From Somniosus microcephalus (lineage: Eukaryota): a stretch of 64,000 nt of DNA. The stretch lies in assembly GCA_052327205.1 (NCBI GenBank), contig CM126225.1, positions 6,572,001 through 6,636,000 of the forward strand, in the 5' to 3' direction. Below are positions 38,314 to 50,998 of this stretch, piece by piece (the stretch's first letter is position 1; every line of letters starts with the position of its first letter). The notes under the pieces were generated by a model. It was not told the DNA's origin and did not search any database. It saw only the letters and a program-made list of their open reading frames with translations. The translations under genes were made by a program, and so were the position numbers.

Positions 38314-38588
38314 GTTACCCTTTTCCGCCGCTTGCATGTTCAAACAATAGGCCAATCTCGTATATAACAATAATGCATCACCGGTCCCCCCCCCCCCCAC
38401 TCCCCCAATAAAAGCAATTCACGCATACAGTAGACTTTTCCTCACAGTTAAAAGTTAAAGATCACTTTCTTCTTGTTTTGCAAAAAAAAAACAGCCTTTA
38501 CTTATGCACATGCCAACTGGAGAAAACAATCTTATAAATACAACATAGACGTAAACAATAACACGTTCTAAAACAGCTAAAGCTTAAA

Positions 38589-38610
38589 TAGGCAGCTTCA
38601 TGTTGTCAGG
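38589..38610 (-). promoter_or_regulatory. Extended miR-196 target site in hoxb8 3' UTR
   Basis: mRNA sense CCTGACAACATGAAGCTGCCTA pairs with all 22 nt of the miR-196a encoded at 56041-56020 (18 Watson-Crick plus 4 G:U). Confidence 0.9.
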
Positions 38611-38987
38611 ATCTTTCTGTAAGCTAATGGTCATTAGCTGAAGTAGTGCACACGGCTTCAATGTTCTACAGCAGGATTTCAACACACACACACACACACT
38701 AATACATTGTTCTATGAACTTCACATCAAATACTTTTACACGAACCCACTTAAAATAGCTAGAATGTTACACAACACGTATATATCTGGTAAAAAGTTGA
38801 AATGTTCCTTTTAATCTACACCTCCATACATTTCCGTACAATATTTTGTATCAAACAATAATCAGTAAAATTTGTTCTGCCTCTCACACCCGCACTATTT
38901 AAAAACCGTCTACATTGTTCTATTCATTCCCCGTCCTGTTAGCGTTTTATTCTGTTTAAATTATTATTTTTATTATTAATATTACTA

Positions 38988-39271
38988 TTAATCTTTTTCC
39001 TCGTCTTCTTCCTCTTTCCCGTCCTTCTCCTTTGGAGTCTCTTCTATTTCGGACTTACTGCTGGGAAACTTATCTTTGTTATTTTCCTTCTTCCATTTCA
39101 TCCTTCGGTTCTGGAACCAAATTTTGACCTGCCTCTCGGTCAGTCCCAGTGCGTGTGACACTTCGATCCGCCGTTTGCGAGTCAGATATGGATTGAACAA
39201 AAATTCTTTTTCAAGTTCTAGTGTTTGATAGCGACTGTACGTTTGCCTTCCCCTGCGTCGTCCTGCAGCTA
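38988..39271 (-). CDS. hoxb8: HoxB8 coding exon 2 (homeodomain); spliced protein about 236 aa
   Basis: [70 protein letters not shown]. Tandem TAGTAG acceptor at 39274-39269. Confidence 0.95.
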
Positions 39272-39280
39272 CTAGTAAAC

Positions 39281-39317
39281 AGAGGGGGAGAGGGAGAGAG
39301 AGAGAGAGAGAGAGAGA
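39281..39317. repeat. (GA)n microsatellite in hoxb8 intron
   Basis: Directly visible, adjacent to the exon 2 acceptor. Confidence 0.95.
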
Positions 39318-39679
39318 AAGGAACAAGAGAGTAAGCTCAGTGAGGCTTTGTAGCTGTTATACCAGGGGTTCTAAAACAGGATCCAAACACTATTAAACAG
39401 TATTCAACACCGTAGGAAAAAAATACGCCATAAAACTGCAATAAAACTACAAACAGCACGCAATATACCACACTTAAAAAACCGCCTTCAGGGTCATTAA
39501 AGTATAAAGTAATTTACAAGTGTTGAAGTTTAGAATCGTAAAACACTAAAGTTTCAGCATCTCCTTTATTGGCTCAGGAAAGGAACCTTTCTGTGTTTTT
39601 TAAATGTGTCTGTGTGTGTGTTTTTTATCCCTTTCCTTTCTGTCTCTTTATTTCTTGCTGGCTCCTGTCAAAGCCTCAC

Positions 39680-40106
39680 CTTGCGGTCTCATCCACGGGA
39701 AAAGCTGTGTCGGAGAGGAACTCTGTTCTGAATTCTCTGCTTCTTCTCCTAGGCTGTTCGCCGTCGACTTGCAGTCGGGATATTGGACCAGCTCGGCCTC
39801 CTGTTGGGCGGCGAAAATTGGCTGCCTTTGCAGGGCATCGTAGCTGTAGAAGCTGCCCGCATCCCCGTGACACGTCACCGCACATGGATTCTGTTGATAC
39901 GCGGAGGTGGAGAGGGTGGCCGCGCTGTGGTGGTAAAAATCCTGGATCTGGCTGGGATGTTGGAAGCTGCTCCCGGTCCCGGGTCCATAAACCACGGTGG
40001 GTCTGCCGCCCAGCTCCTGGGTAAACCCACAGTCATAATAATTGGGGCGCAGAGTCTCCCCACTTTTATACTTGGAAAACAGCGAATTCACAAAGTAGGA
40101 GCTCAT
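39680..40106 (-). CDS. hoxb8: HoxB8 coding exon 1 ([28 protein letters not shown]...[11 protein letters not shown])
   Basis: HoxB8 N-terminus and LFPWMRPQ. Donor G|GTGAGG at 39680/39679; 427 nt, phase 1. Confidence 0.96.
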
Positions 40107-43100
40107 TGGGAAGGACTAGCAGCTTTCTGCTCAACCGAGGGAACTTAATGTTTGGTATTCAGACAAACAAACAAGCCAAGATTTTTTTTTTAAGATTAAG
40201 CCTTCATCTTATTGATCTCAACATATAGTGTCCTGGTATCACATCTTCGTGAGGAGGTTCACTCATAAACAGTTTTCTGTGATTTACTTCAGCACAAATG
40301 AGTTGTTTCATATTTTGCCGTCTCTTTTCATGATAATTTGCATTTATTACCTCAACCACATCCTATTGGCTTCGCTTACTCCGTACGGACACTGCACCGC
40401 GTGAAAAGGGAATGGTGAGAGAGAGAGAGGGAATGAGAGAAAGATAGAGAGGGGGGAATATGCGGATTAATATATTCAACCATGTTCATTACCGGGATAT
40501 CAGCCGCTTTACAACAGATGAAATACATACGCCACCCAAAGATTGATAAGGGGAAGTATCCATGCTGTTGTGAAGTAAAGGGTAGACAGCCAGACGTTAA
40601 TTTCCAAACCATTTAATGAGAATATGCGACTCTTTTAAAGGTCAGAGTTACATCAACAAGACGAGGAAGTACAGTAGCAAACCTGAAATCTAATTACCAT
40701 CAACTTTGGGTCTAATTGCTATTTTTCCTCTCAAGTTATTGCAACGCAGCGACATGTCCAGTAGCACTCAAAGGCGAATTATTTGGGATAATTTATTTAA
40801 AAAATTGTTTTATCTTAAGGAATAGGGGAATCTAGTGGTATTTAATAATTTAATGATCCGTTTTCCTATTATTAATAAAGCCTTTTATCTGGTGCTTGGA
40901 CGGACCCTGGAACAGTAACAGTCATCTGAGAACTATAGGAAAGAGATTAAGGAACTATAAAGCGCAATAAAAGCACAGCCTGTTATTGTTTATAACATGC
41001 AGTGAACGGCAGTTAGTGTTTTTACGAGACGCTCTGTGCGGAGCAGTAAAACACAGGTTTGTTGAAGTGGACGCTCTATTCATGCTTACTATTTTTAAAC
41101 ACGAAACAATTTGTTTTTTCTACAAAGCTGCAACACTTAATATTTAAAAAAATTACGGACTATTTGTTATTGGGTGACAAGTTACACCGCAAATTTGAGC
41201 TTGTTAAGAGAGTTTTCGTTTCCAACCCAGAAGCAAAGGTTTCTTACAGAAAGCAAGTGCAGTGATTCCAAATAAACGGTTTATGCAGGAAAGCACAAAG
41301 CTCACTAAAGACGTGCGTTAACTTGCTTCGAATCCATTTCCTCTTTATCATAAAATACTATGTAGATTTGATATATATCTGTGTGCATATGTATACTTGA
41401 AATTAATTACAACGAGTTGACATTACATTCTAAAATCGGGGTAAACTTGAGGGAAGGTGTTGTAATTCTGGCTCATATTTTCAAACTGATCATTTAGTAT
41501 TAACCCACTAACGGAACGCCATAATCATGAATTATAGTGACCTTGTATTATTTTAAGTGTTATGGTTTATTTTTGACAATTGAAAGCAAGCTAGTTCCCT
41601 ATCGCCAGCTAACATGGAGCCCAGCATTGTAATGCCGAACCCTTTCCCTATAGAACGGATCTGATACTCTGATTTTGTGAAGAAGTCAACAATAAGTTAC
41701 AATCGATCTGTCTCACCTTGACCGATGTCCCGAAGCATACTAAATCTAATCATACATTTCAATTATTTGCAAATGGCTTATTTTGCGTTAGCACACGGAA
41801 TGCCCATGTATAAACATAAGTCTGGTCCAAATCAATCGAGTTTCTGCCCTGATAACAGTTTAAAAGTTAGTTAAAACAGAACTTGTTTGAGTGCAAGGTG
41901 TAAATGAAACTTTCGGGTAGCTGTGCCAATGGATGACTACCCAGCTACTATCACAACCAGCACACGCAATATATAACAATATTGAAACTTTACATATTCA
42001 TATACTTAGTATGCATCTTTCTATCATCCAGTCTCTCTGCCTACCAGTCCGTTCATTTATCTATGCATCACTCTCCGTCTATCTATCTATCTATAATATA
42101 TAAACAAATGTTTTGCAATATAATTTCTCAATAAGTGAGTGTTGCAGAAAAACTGATGATTCTTGGGTTGCAGATATCCATTCTATTCTGTAATATTAAG
42201 GGATAAGTCAGATGGCGAGAAACGGAACGCACCGGTGTTGTAAAAGTACCATCATCTGTCCAAAGTTACTGAGTGCAGTAAGACAATGAAAATAAGAAAA
42301 TGCAGTTAACGTATTGCAAGTGAAATATGACCAACTGATCAAACAACCCCGAATAAGGATATTGTGATGAAAATATGTTGGCATGCATTTCAAAAAGCCT
42401 AGAGTGTGTGAAGCACTTTAGCAACTTTCAGAAATGATTCGATTCTGCGAACGTTCTTGTGTTTGAATGATCTGCTTTTTGTGTAAGTATTATGAGCCTT
42501 CTGAACTAATAAATGTGTCAGGAATGGGATTGAATTAAGCCTAGTGGTGTAATCATTAATTGAAAGGTTCCTGTTCGAAAGTTTTTCCTCTCCGAGTACT
42601 CGTACATGGGGCTTCTCTAACTCAGATTAGAATAATTCAATATTACTTTCTTTTTATCCTTAAGATTACAGGACAACTTTCCGATTGTTAGATTAACTTT
42701 TACTTTCGTTTTTAGTAATGGTCCATACAATCGCTTATAGCTGATTAAATTCTGCTTAAATTTGGCTCGAATTTACCGGAAATAATGTTAAATATAACGG
42801 AACAAATGCTAGGATTTAAAGTGACATAAAGATGTTTTAAGAATGCTATATAACGGCACCATAGACCAACTAGATACTTATTAACACCGCGAAGTTCGCA
42901 CACAAAAAAACCTTGCCAAAACGTGATCATCTCGCTACTTGTTATTCTAACTGCTTAATTATCCAAAGAATTTTTGAGACTTTTAGAAAAAAGATTTCTG
43001 ACGGCAAAAAAGATAAAATCTACAACTTGCCGAGTGTCCGGCCCGTGAGGACCCACGTGATTGTTTTATTAGGTATTGCGGCCGTGACGTGCTCTGGTCT

Positions 43101-45387
43101 GTTTAGTTAATATTGCTCTTTATGCTTCCTTGTGCTTTTAATGTGTTTAATCTCTTTATCGGCAATGTCCATCATTTTATGGATGTAATTCCATTTTGTT
43201 AGAAAGTATTAATATATATTTCCTAAGTTTAGCTATAAAAGTATTTAAATATTGTGAATTTCATTTGAAGATCTCCATCTATACATCTCTCTTTCTCGGT
43301 CTATACACACAAACACACACACATATATATATATACACGTGTGTGCGTACTTTGATGTCCAATGCACTTATCGTGCACACAGACACAATTACATTTGCAA
43401 ATGCTGATGAGATTTAATTCCAAATCTATTCAGAAAATAAACTTACTTCTACTTAATCTGTTTACCGATGGGTTTACATGTATTCCTGAAGACATTATAT
43501 GCATGCAACTGAAGTAGATTCCCCGCACTTAGGCACAACTTTAGCCTTTTGGTAAATATGCAGCATCACAGCGAGACAGAATGTTATAGGTGTTGGTGCT
43601 GGCTCTTTAATTTCATTTTCCATCCATGTGTAACTCTGTTGCCGGCTATAGAAGATGGAGTATTATGCATGTGTTTGTGTATGTATACTTATGCCTCCTT
43701 AATCAGTTGAGACATTGTTGATACTTTTAGCAGATGCATAGCAGTGCACTGGAATTTAATCAGAAATTAATAGAAAGCTGGTATCTTGCACAAAAGTGAA
43801 AGCATTACCAAACTTTGCAAATTTGAAATTTAAAACCGCATGCGTGTTATGTTCCTAACTAATATAGTATATATACACGTACGAAGGTGGAAACAGAGAG
43901 GTAAGTACCACCCCCCCCCCCCCCCCCCCCCCACACACACACCCACATATACATGGACACACACAAGCATTCGCATACACACGTAGTAAAGGTACAGTGG
44001 GATTCCAATTGCAAAATGGTAATCCTGTTTATATAGACCTAATTCTATGTCTGTAGTTCGTGGGAGAATCATGTGACGACTTTAAAGAGTCAAAAATAAA
44101 GTATCACCAAAAAAATGCTTGCATTCGGCGTCCTTGTGCTATATTCTGCTTTTATTGCAATTATAGACAACGTGTTATCTATAAAAAAAGATATGATAGT
44201 GCAGGAAAATGAGACAGAGAAAGTCATAAACGAAAAAAGAAACCGAGACAGAAACAGGGACAGAGGCAGAGAAAGAACAATCCTAATTGAAGTATAGTCT
44301 TGCCTTTATCTTGGGCGGAACTCCAGTTTTGCTTTTAGATAATGTTGCAGTCAGTTCTGTTCTGTGCAAATCCTATTGCACGTAGACTGTTAAACACATC
44401 CCTTTCTGTTATATGTAAAACAGGCCTGCAGTTTGATTTAAATACAGAGGCAGACAGTTAGAGGGGTGGTTACCTAAACTGTGCATCTTCTAAAATCGTG
44501 CAACGGAGAAATACGAAATCAATAAAGTCTGAGAAAGAATAAATCAGCAAGGTCTGGAAACAAGTCTAGAGGAAATGTCCATGCGGATGGCCATTACACT
44601 GAAAATGTGTGGTATATGGTTTGTTGAAAGGAAGACAGACACACAAACAATAATCAATATATGTACAACGGTCTAGGACAGATTGAATCTAAAAGTGTGT
44701 GCACTGGGACGTGAGAAATGTAACGGGGTTGAAAGTTCATTTGGAAGCTAAGCATCCAGAAATGAAAATGTACACTTAGAACATCTTTCGACGTAACTTA
44801 TGTCTTTAAAGAAGTATAACAAATTATTTTCCCAATAATGTTTTAGCATAGCCAGCTGCAAGTCAAACACACGGGTTGTTAGATATTTAGCTGTGCGAAC
44901 GCATATTTAAAAGTTCGAATCCTTAACATTTTATATATTTCCTCAAGTGTAGCAAACCTCGTGATTTCGCTATAATAGAACCGTCTCCTTTTATTTATTG
45001 ACTTCAGCCTCATACTGTGCACTATCTTGTCGTACATGGACGAACTTATTTTTTTCTGTGCTCTTCTCAGGATTATGAAGCAGTTTGAAATTAAATAAAC
45101 CTGCATAAAACGTGGCGCAGATGAACACATTGTAATGAAGATACATTTCAAATGAGCTTTAGTGACAATTTGCCAATACTGCGCAAAATAGCTGATGGGG
45201 GAAAAGTTTTAGTAAACGTATTTAAATATTTAATTTTTAAAATATTGCGCAACAGGATCGAGCAAAAAGGGCAGGGGAGAATCGAAGCAGGGGCTGTATG
45301 CTTTTTATGTGTATGTTAAATCTACTGAATCCCGGGTTCTTGGACTGACGTCCGGTGAAGTCCATGACTGAGTTTGGTGGAACAATG

Positions 45388-45401
45388 CTGCCACCTACTG
45401 G
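45388..45401 (-). promoter_or_regulatory. Candidate CTCF site between hoxb8 and hoxb9
   Basis: Minus strand CCAGTAGGTGGCAG fully matches the CTCF core consensus. Confidence 0.65.
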
Positions 45402-48400
45402 AGTCAAGGAGAAGTATTCTGGACTTTAAAAAAAAACACGGGGTGAAAAAGCATTAGCAAATATGCGCAATAGAGCTATAAAATCTTGACTATAAAGAAT
45501 TCATTAGACCCAAACCGCGGCGAAGGAAGAATGTTTAAGCTCTTCAATTCCGTCGTCACATACAATCGTAGACAGTACCAATAAACCACATCCGTAGTGA
45601 AGTGCTCTAGCGGATTGCTAACAACCTAAATTCCTAATGGGCAGTAAAGAAGAGGAAGAAGAAAAAGAAAAAATGGGAGGGAAAGAAAGCTTTCAGAACT
45701 CTATTGTCTCCACCTTCGAGACTAAACAATTGGGCATTCTGCTTTAGAATAAAGTCCCATGCATGGGCGCGGGGTTGTAAACACATCCAAAGACCCTGCT
45801 CCAGACGTCTCGCCAGATTCTGTATAGCTTTTTATTGCAGTAATTTCTGGCAGCCTGAAATGGTTAGGAAGTAAGACAAAAGAGGGCGTCGCTTGCTTTA
45901 GAGTCTAAAAAGCATGTTGGTTACACCACAATATTCACCGCGAATTTCCCTATAAAAAATCCAGTTCCTATATATTACCCCTCAGAAATAAAACACAAAG
46001 CCATATTTTTATTGCTTGCCACCTCCAATTGTGAGTTTAATTTAATAGGTTCTGAAAGTTTTCCCTTTGCTGTGTTTGTTTTACAGACGTTCAATTCTTA
46101 ACCTTCAGAAATTTATACCCTATAAACTTTTACAACGGTCATATTATTTTATTGCAGCACACCGCACTGAATTTCCTATAATGACAGACACCTTCCTAAC
46201 TCCTCCTCCTTCTCCACCATGCAAGGCTCATTTCTGCTTTCTCTTTGTATGCGTTTGTGTCTCTTGTGTTTGTAAAAAATATTGAAGTGAAAATAATTGC
46301 TATTATATTAGTCATAATGTACGACATGCTGATACTGTAATTATTTTCATCTAGTCCAGTAAAAGCAATTTCAAACGGCCGCGTAACCCCATTCATTGAT
46401 AAGAAGGTGTTAAAGCATCTAAACATAGATTTATTTTTTAATATGGCAGCCCTTCCACTGAACCAACTTAAAGAGCAGGCTTTTAAGGTGGCGAGCATCC
46501 CTTCCTCCCATCTAATTATCCCTTGTTGCATTGCCAGAAATGTCATCTACCTGAACACCCGATGAAATTGATCAACTTTTCTTTCCAGTATGGTGAAATA
46601 TGCATCTTATTATAAGAGATTTATATATATATTACTTTTAAAGGTATTTTTGTTTAGCATGCAATTGTCTTCAAGTTAAATACATTTCATTAAAATGTCC
46701 CTATTAGTTGTTTGGGTGCAAATTCCTCATGGCAAATTTTATAATTGATTCAGTAATACTTCCCTTCGTTTTTCAATTGCGGTTGTCAAAGCCTTTTTGC
46801 AATATATGTTTACATGTATGGATGTAACGTATAGCAGATAGGTTTCTGCATTAATTTATTCTAGTCATCTTACAATTCTCATCTATAATGTATGTGTGCA
46901 TATATAGGTAGATACATACATATATGTATATACACACATATATACACATATGTAGATAGATAGATAGAATATATATATATTGAGTAATAAGGTTTTCATA
47001 TAAATTCCCTCTATTCGCTAAATAAAGAGAAGCGAGTTTAAAGTTCCAAAGAGAGCAGTGTTGAAGTGATGTCTCATTAGTTTGAAAGTAGGTCGACGAG
47101 AGGAATATTACTTAGCACATTTATTATAATAGTGAACAATGCAAGTAAACCAGCAGAACATAGATAACGGGTTAATTCTTTCCTACTAGATGATGTAAAT
47201 TATGTTAGAACACATAATCCCCTTCATGTATAAATGCTAGATTTTGCGTTCGAATTCCCCAAGCGTTTTATCTTGTTCCAATAAATGTGATGCTTAAGAT
47301 TCAACGTGTGCAAAATAATAAGTAATGAACTTCCATACTTTAGGATCTGTATTAGACAATGAAATATGCAAAGTAAACAGCAGATAAATGCGGTTAGGAT
47401 TTTTGTTCATAATATGTTTAGTGCGGAGTTAATTAATGGATCCAAAGAGCACAAAATAGCGGATATTTCAGATCATGTAATGATAAAAGCATTGGAAGTA
47501 AGTGAGCAACTTACTGAATGTCGACCAACTTCCCAGGAATGAAGCTGGAGTTTCTGCATCTTATATCCGTACCAACAACTTGAGAATATGCCTTATTCGG
47601 CGAGACACCCTGGTTAAGATTCCTTCATAAGACGGAGGCATTTTGATTTCGCATTATTTACAGGACACTTTGCCTAGTTTTATGCTTTTTCTCAGCAGTT
47701 GTGCGCATTCCTTTCTCTGTGCTGTTCAATTGAGGACCCGCCATTGTGTCCACTGTTAGAGAGGATTTATCGGAAAAGCCCATGAATTGCAAGATAAAAT
47801 TACTGAATTAATTCTTGTCCTTATGTCCGGCATAAACACTAGCTTAATCCCCAATTATTGCCTCGTGGTTTATCAGATAAATATTTTGTCCCTGTAGAGA
47901 CGTTAGGAATTGACTTTATACTCCTGTTTCCAAACAGTTCTTCTCATTTTCCATTTGTAATTATTCACCAAGCTTATTTATTAAATGCAGCTACCTTTTT
48001 TCCTTTTTTTTAATGGGTCTAGTTCTCAGACATCAGGCACAGGAATGAGGCAAGACTATAAAAAGGAGACGCAAGTTCACGCGGAAATATCCGTTTCAAA
48101 CTTTCAGCAGCATTTTATTTTGCAGCCGTTTTTAATACATTCATATATTTCCATCTACTGATTGTGGTGTTAGGTGTCCGGAGAACGGTGGGTTCAAAAT
48201 GTTTAACGCCATTCAGTGGCTTTCATGTATGACTATTATTACTAATATTATTAATAATGAATCACATTAAAATAGTGCAACCGCGCGCTGTTGAAGTCGG
48301 ATAGCTCCGGATAAAAATTAAGCTAAGAGTAAAGGCCACCTGGAATCGGGGTGCTTTGATGTGAAACAGTTGGTTCGTTCACCTTAAATGTAAAATCTGC

Positions 48401-48606
48401 ACAAACTTACAAAACTCGGAATATATACACCAGCTCCACATGGGACAGAGACAGAGAGATACTGAGAATATTAAACAAGTTATCTGGATTTTATTGTTGC
48501 TAGAATTTATCTCTTGGAGCTGATCCGGTTTGTCATCCTCCTTTTGTGCAAACCTTGTGGACAATCATAATTCGAGCCCCTTCGCCAGATTATTCCTAAA
48601 CAATAT

Positions 48607-48612
48607 TTTATT
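48607..48612 (-). terminator. Candidate hoxb9 polyadenylation signal
   Basis: AATAAA on the minus strand about 0.95 kb after the stop. Confidence 0.45.
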
Positions 48613-49556
48613 TCTAAAATGTCATGAAATTCTATATTACAGATCGTTCAATGTTCGCTTCGACACAGTTGAACGTGTTTAATACAATATTAAACCTTTT
48701 TTTTAAAGAGCCACGTGGTAACAGTTACCCCTAGTTATACAAACTCTTAACAAAGGATACAGGCACCCAAATGTGAAACCTACTAATTTAAACCTTAGGA
48801 GTATCGTGCTGCACATTAAAACCTAAACGACAGACCCACACTCACTCAAACACACAGACTAAAGTCTACAGAAATAGAGATCGCAAAGTATATCATCAAT
48901 CGGTTTAAATAGTAACCACACTTCCATTGAAACAATCAAAGTCTCAAATCAAAGAGATACAGGATCGGGAAAACAGCACTTAAAAACCACCGCAATGTGA
49001 TGCGTCTTCGAAATGGATTATAAACATTCACGTTTGCATGTAAACAATTGAAAATAAGTCGTGTTAAATCATTGCGAACAACAAAGATTAAAAATATATA
49101 TTTAATCGTAGGTTAAAAAGATCCCTTCTTTTTTGCAAAAGGTTGCTTTGGAGCGCGGTCCATTCCGGTCCCGCGGCAAAGGCCATCACCAAAACATTCA
49201 CAGAAATTGTAATAATTTATAAATAACCTGAAGTTTCTTTTTTTAAACCATAAAGAGAGAAAACGTAGTGGGAATGAAAGCTCGCTGCTCTCTCTGGCTG
49301 TTATAATGGATGAGAATGAGAGGAAGTTGTATCTCTTAATATCCTGCAATAAAATCCTTTGCACGTGACTCTATTCCCTGAATGAATGCACTAAAATGTT
49401 CGAAATAAATAGCCGAATTGCTGAATGTTAAAACCTTACATTCTGGCTATTCTTTGCCGTGGAAGGATGTCGGTTTCTCAGAACTACAGTGGTTTAAGGA
49501 TATATTGCAGTGAAAGCATTCTGAGCTACGCGCTACAGTCTAACTCAACAAGCTAG

Positions 49557-49798
49557 TCACTCGAACTCTTTTACGTGCTCCTTACTGAGTCTTTTCATCT
49601 TCATCCTCCTGTTCTGAAACCAGATTTTGACTTGTCTCTCAGTCAGGTTGAGCAGACGCGCTACTTCGTGCCTCCGGTCCCTGGTGAGGTACATATTGAA
49701 CAGAAACTCCTTCTCCAACTCCAGAGTCTGATACTTGCTGTAAGGACATCTTTTCTTCCTTGTCGAACGAGCGTGTAACCAATTTGCAGAAGGATTGT
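49557..49798 (-). CDS. hoxb9: HoxB9 coding exon 2 (homeodomain); spliced protein 252 aa
   Basis: Acceptor ttcag|AC at 49799/49798. [51 protein letters not shown]; 'RRHEVARLL' is typical of HoxB9. Confidence 0.96.
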
Positions 49799-50481
49799 CT
49801 GAAAATGAGTGGAGGCGAAAAAGCAGATCAGAATTAAGAATTATAACGTGATCATATTTCTTCAATGCACTTCTAACATTGCAATGCGTATGGGGGGATA
49901 TTTTTTTAACTGAAAATGATATCAATGGAGCTGAACGTTGAGGTAGCATGTGTGTGTAGTGGTCATATTCCTAAGCGTCTTCCCTTCAGTAAAGTGTATT
50001 ACTAAACTGGCAACCGCCGGGCGCCCTCGGATGGTTTAGATTTATTTTTTGCTCTTTATTACCACGTTTGCAATTGAAGAGTAAACGCCAAACCCCACCA
50101 GCACTGTATAAATTGCGCGCTCTTTCCCCTCTAAACGGCTTCACATAAAAATGGTGTGCCGCATATTTTAGCTCACCGTTCTACAGAACATTGATTCTAA
50201 CAGAAAATACCAAGCAGGGAAAAAAGTTGTATTCATTCATTAATTTATTTATTGCCTCGTAGAGGATAGACTGGCAAATCCGTCATTAAAGGTTTGCAGG
50301 TGGTTACTTGTGTAAGCCATAAAATAGAACGGAGGCGCATAAAATAACAAGCAATATAAAACCAGTTAAATACTTGTGGCTGAACTGGAAGCAAACTGCC
50401 TTTTAATTAGAACCTTATTCCAGTCGCGTTTTTTTTTTGCGTGCTCTGAGATAAGTCAAGTACATTTCCCGGAGAACTTAC

Positions 50482-50998
50482 TTTGTTCTGATGTCTCTTT
50501 GTCTGCCTTCTCTTCACATATATTGTCTTCATAGCGCGGCTCTTTCCCGGAGCTGATGGTTTCGCTCTCCAAAGATTCCGCATGTAATTTTTGCAGTGCC
50601 GCTGGTAAGGTTTCGCCGCCGTGACCCGCGGGTGACTCTGTTTTCAATGAATCGTGGCCGCTGGAAGGTATCCCGGGTACGGCCACGGCCCTGGGGGTCG
50701 GGTCCAACCAGGACCGCATGTACCTGCTGTCAGGCGGGATGGGGTGAGACTGGACGTATGGATGGTACAATGTGGAGACATTGGCACAGGGCTGAGAGTA
50801 CACGGGGGCCCAAGAGGCGCCGAACACGGGAGACTTCGGTTGAAAATTACAAGCAGGAAAGTCGGGGTGCTCGGGGAGCCCCGGCTGTCTGGAGACTATA
50901 TATTGACCCGAAGTAAACTTTGCTGCAGGCGTCCCCTCGCTTTCATGACTTATAAGAGAATCGACAAAATAGTTACTAATAGCGCCAGATATCGACAT
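50482..50998 (-). CDS. hoxb9: HoxB9 coding exon 1 (MSISGAISNYFVDSLISHESE...RYMRSWL...TSEQ)
   Basis: HoxB9-type MSISG start and PG9 motifs CNFQPKSPVFGASW and RYMRSWL. ATG at 50998-50996; donor A|GTAAGT at 50482/50481; 517 nt, phase 1. Confidence 0.95.

Noticed and set aside
39569-40148. Plus-strand 151-aa and 121-aa ORFs antisense to hoxb8 exon 1
   Set aside because: Antisense shadows that partly run through microsatellite sequence, with no independent support.
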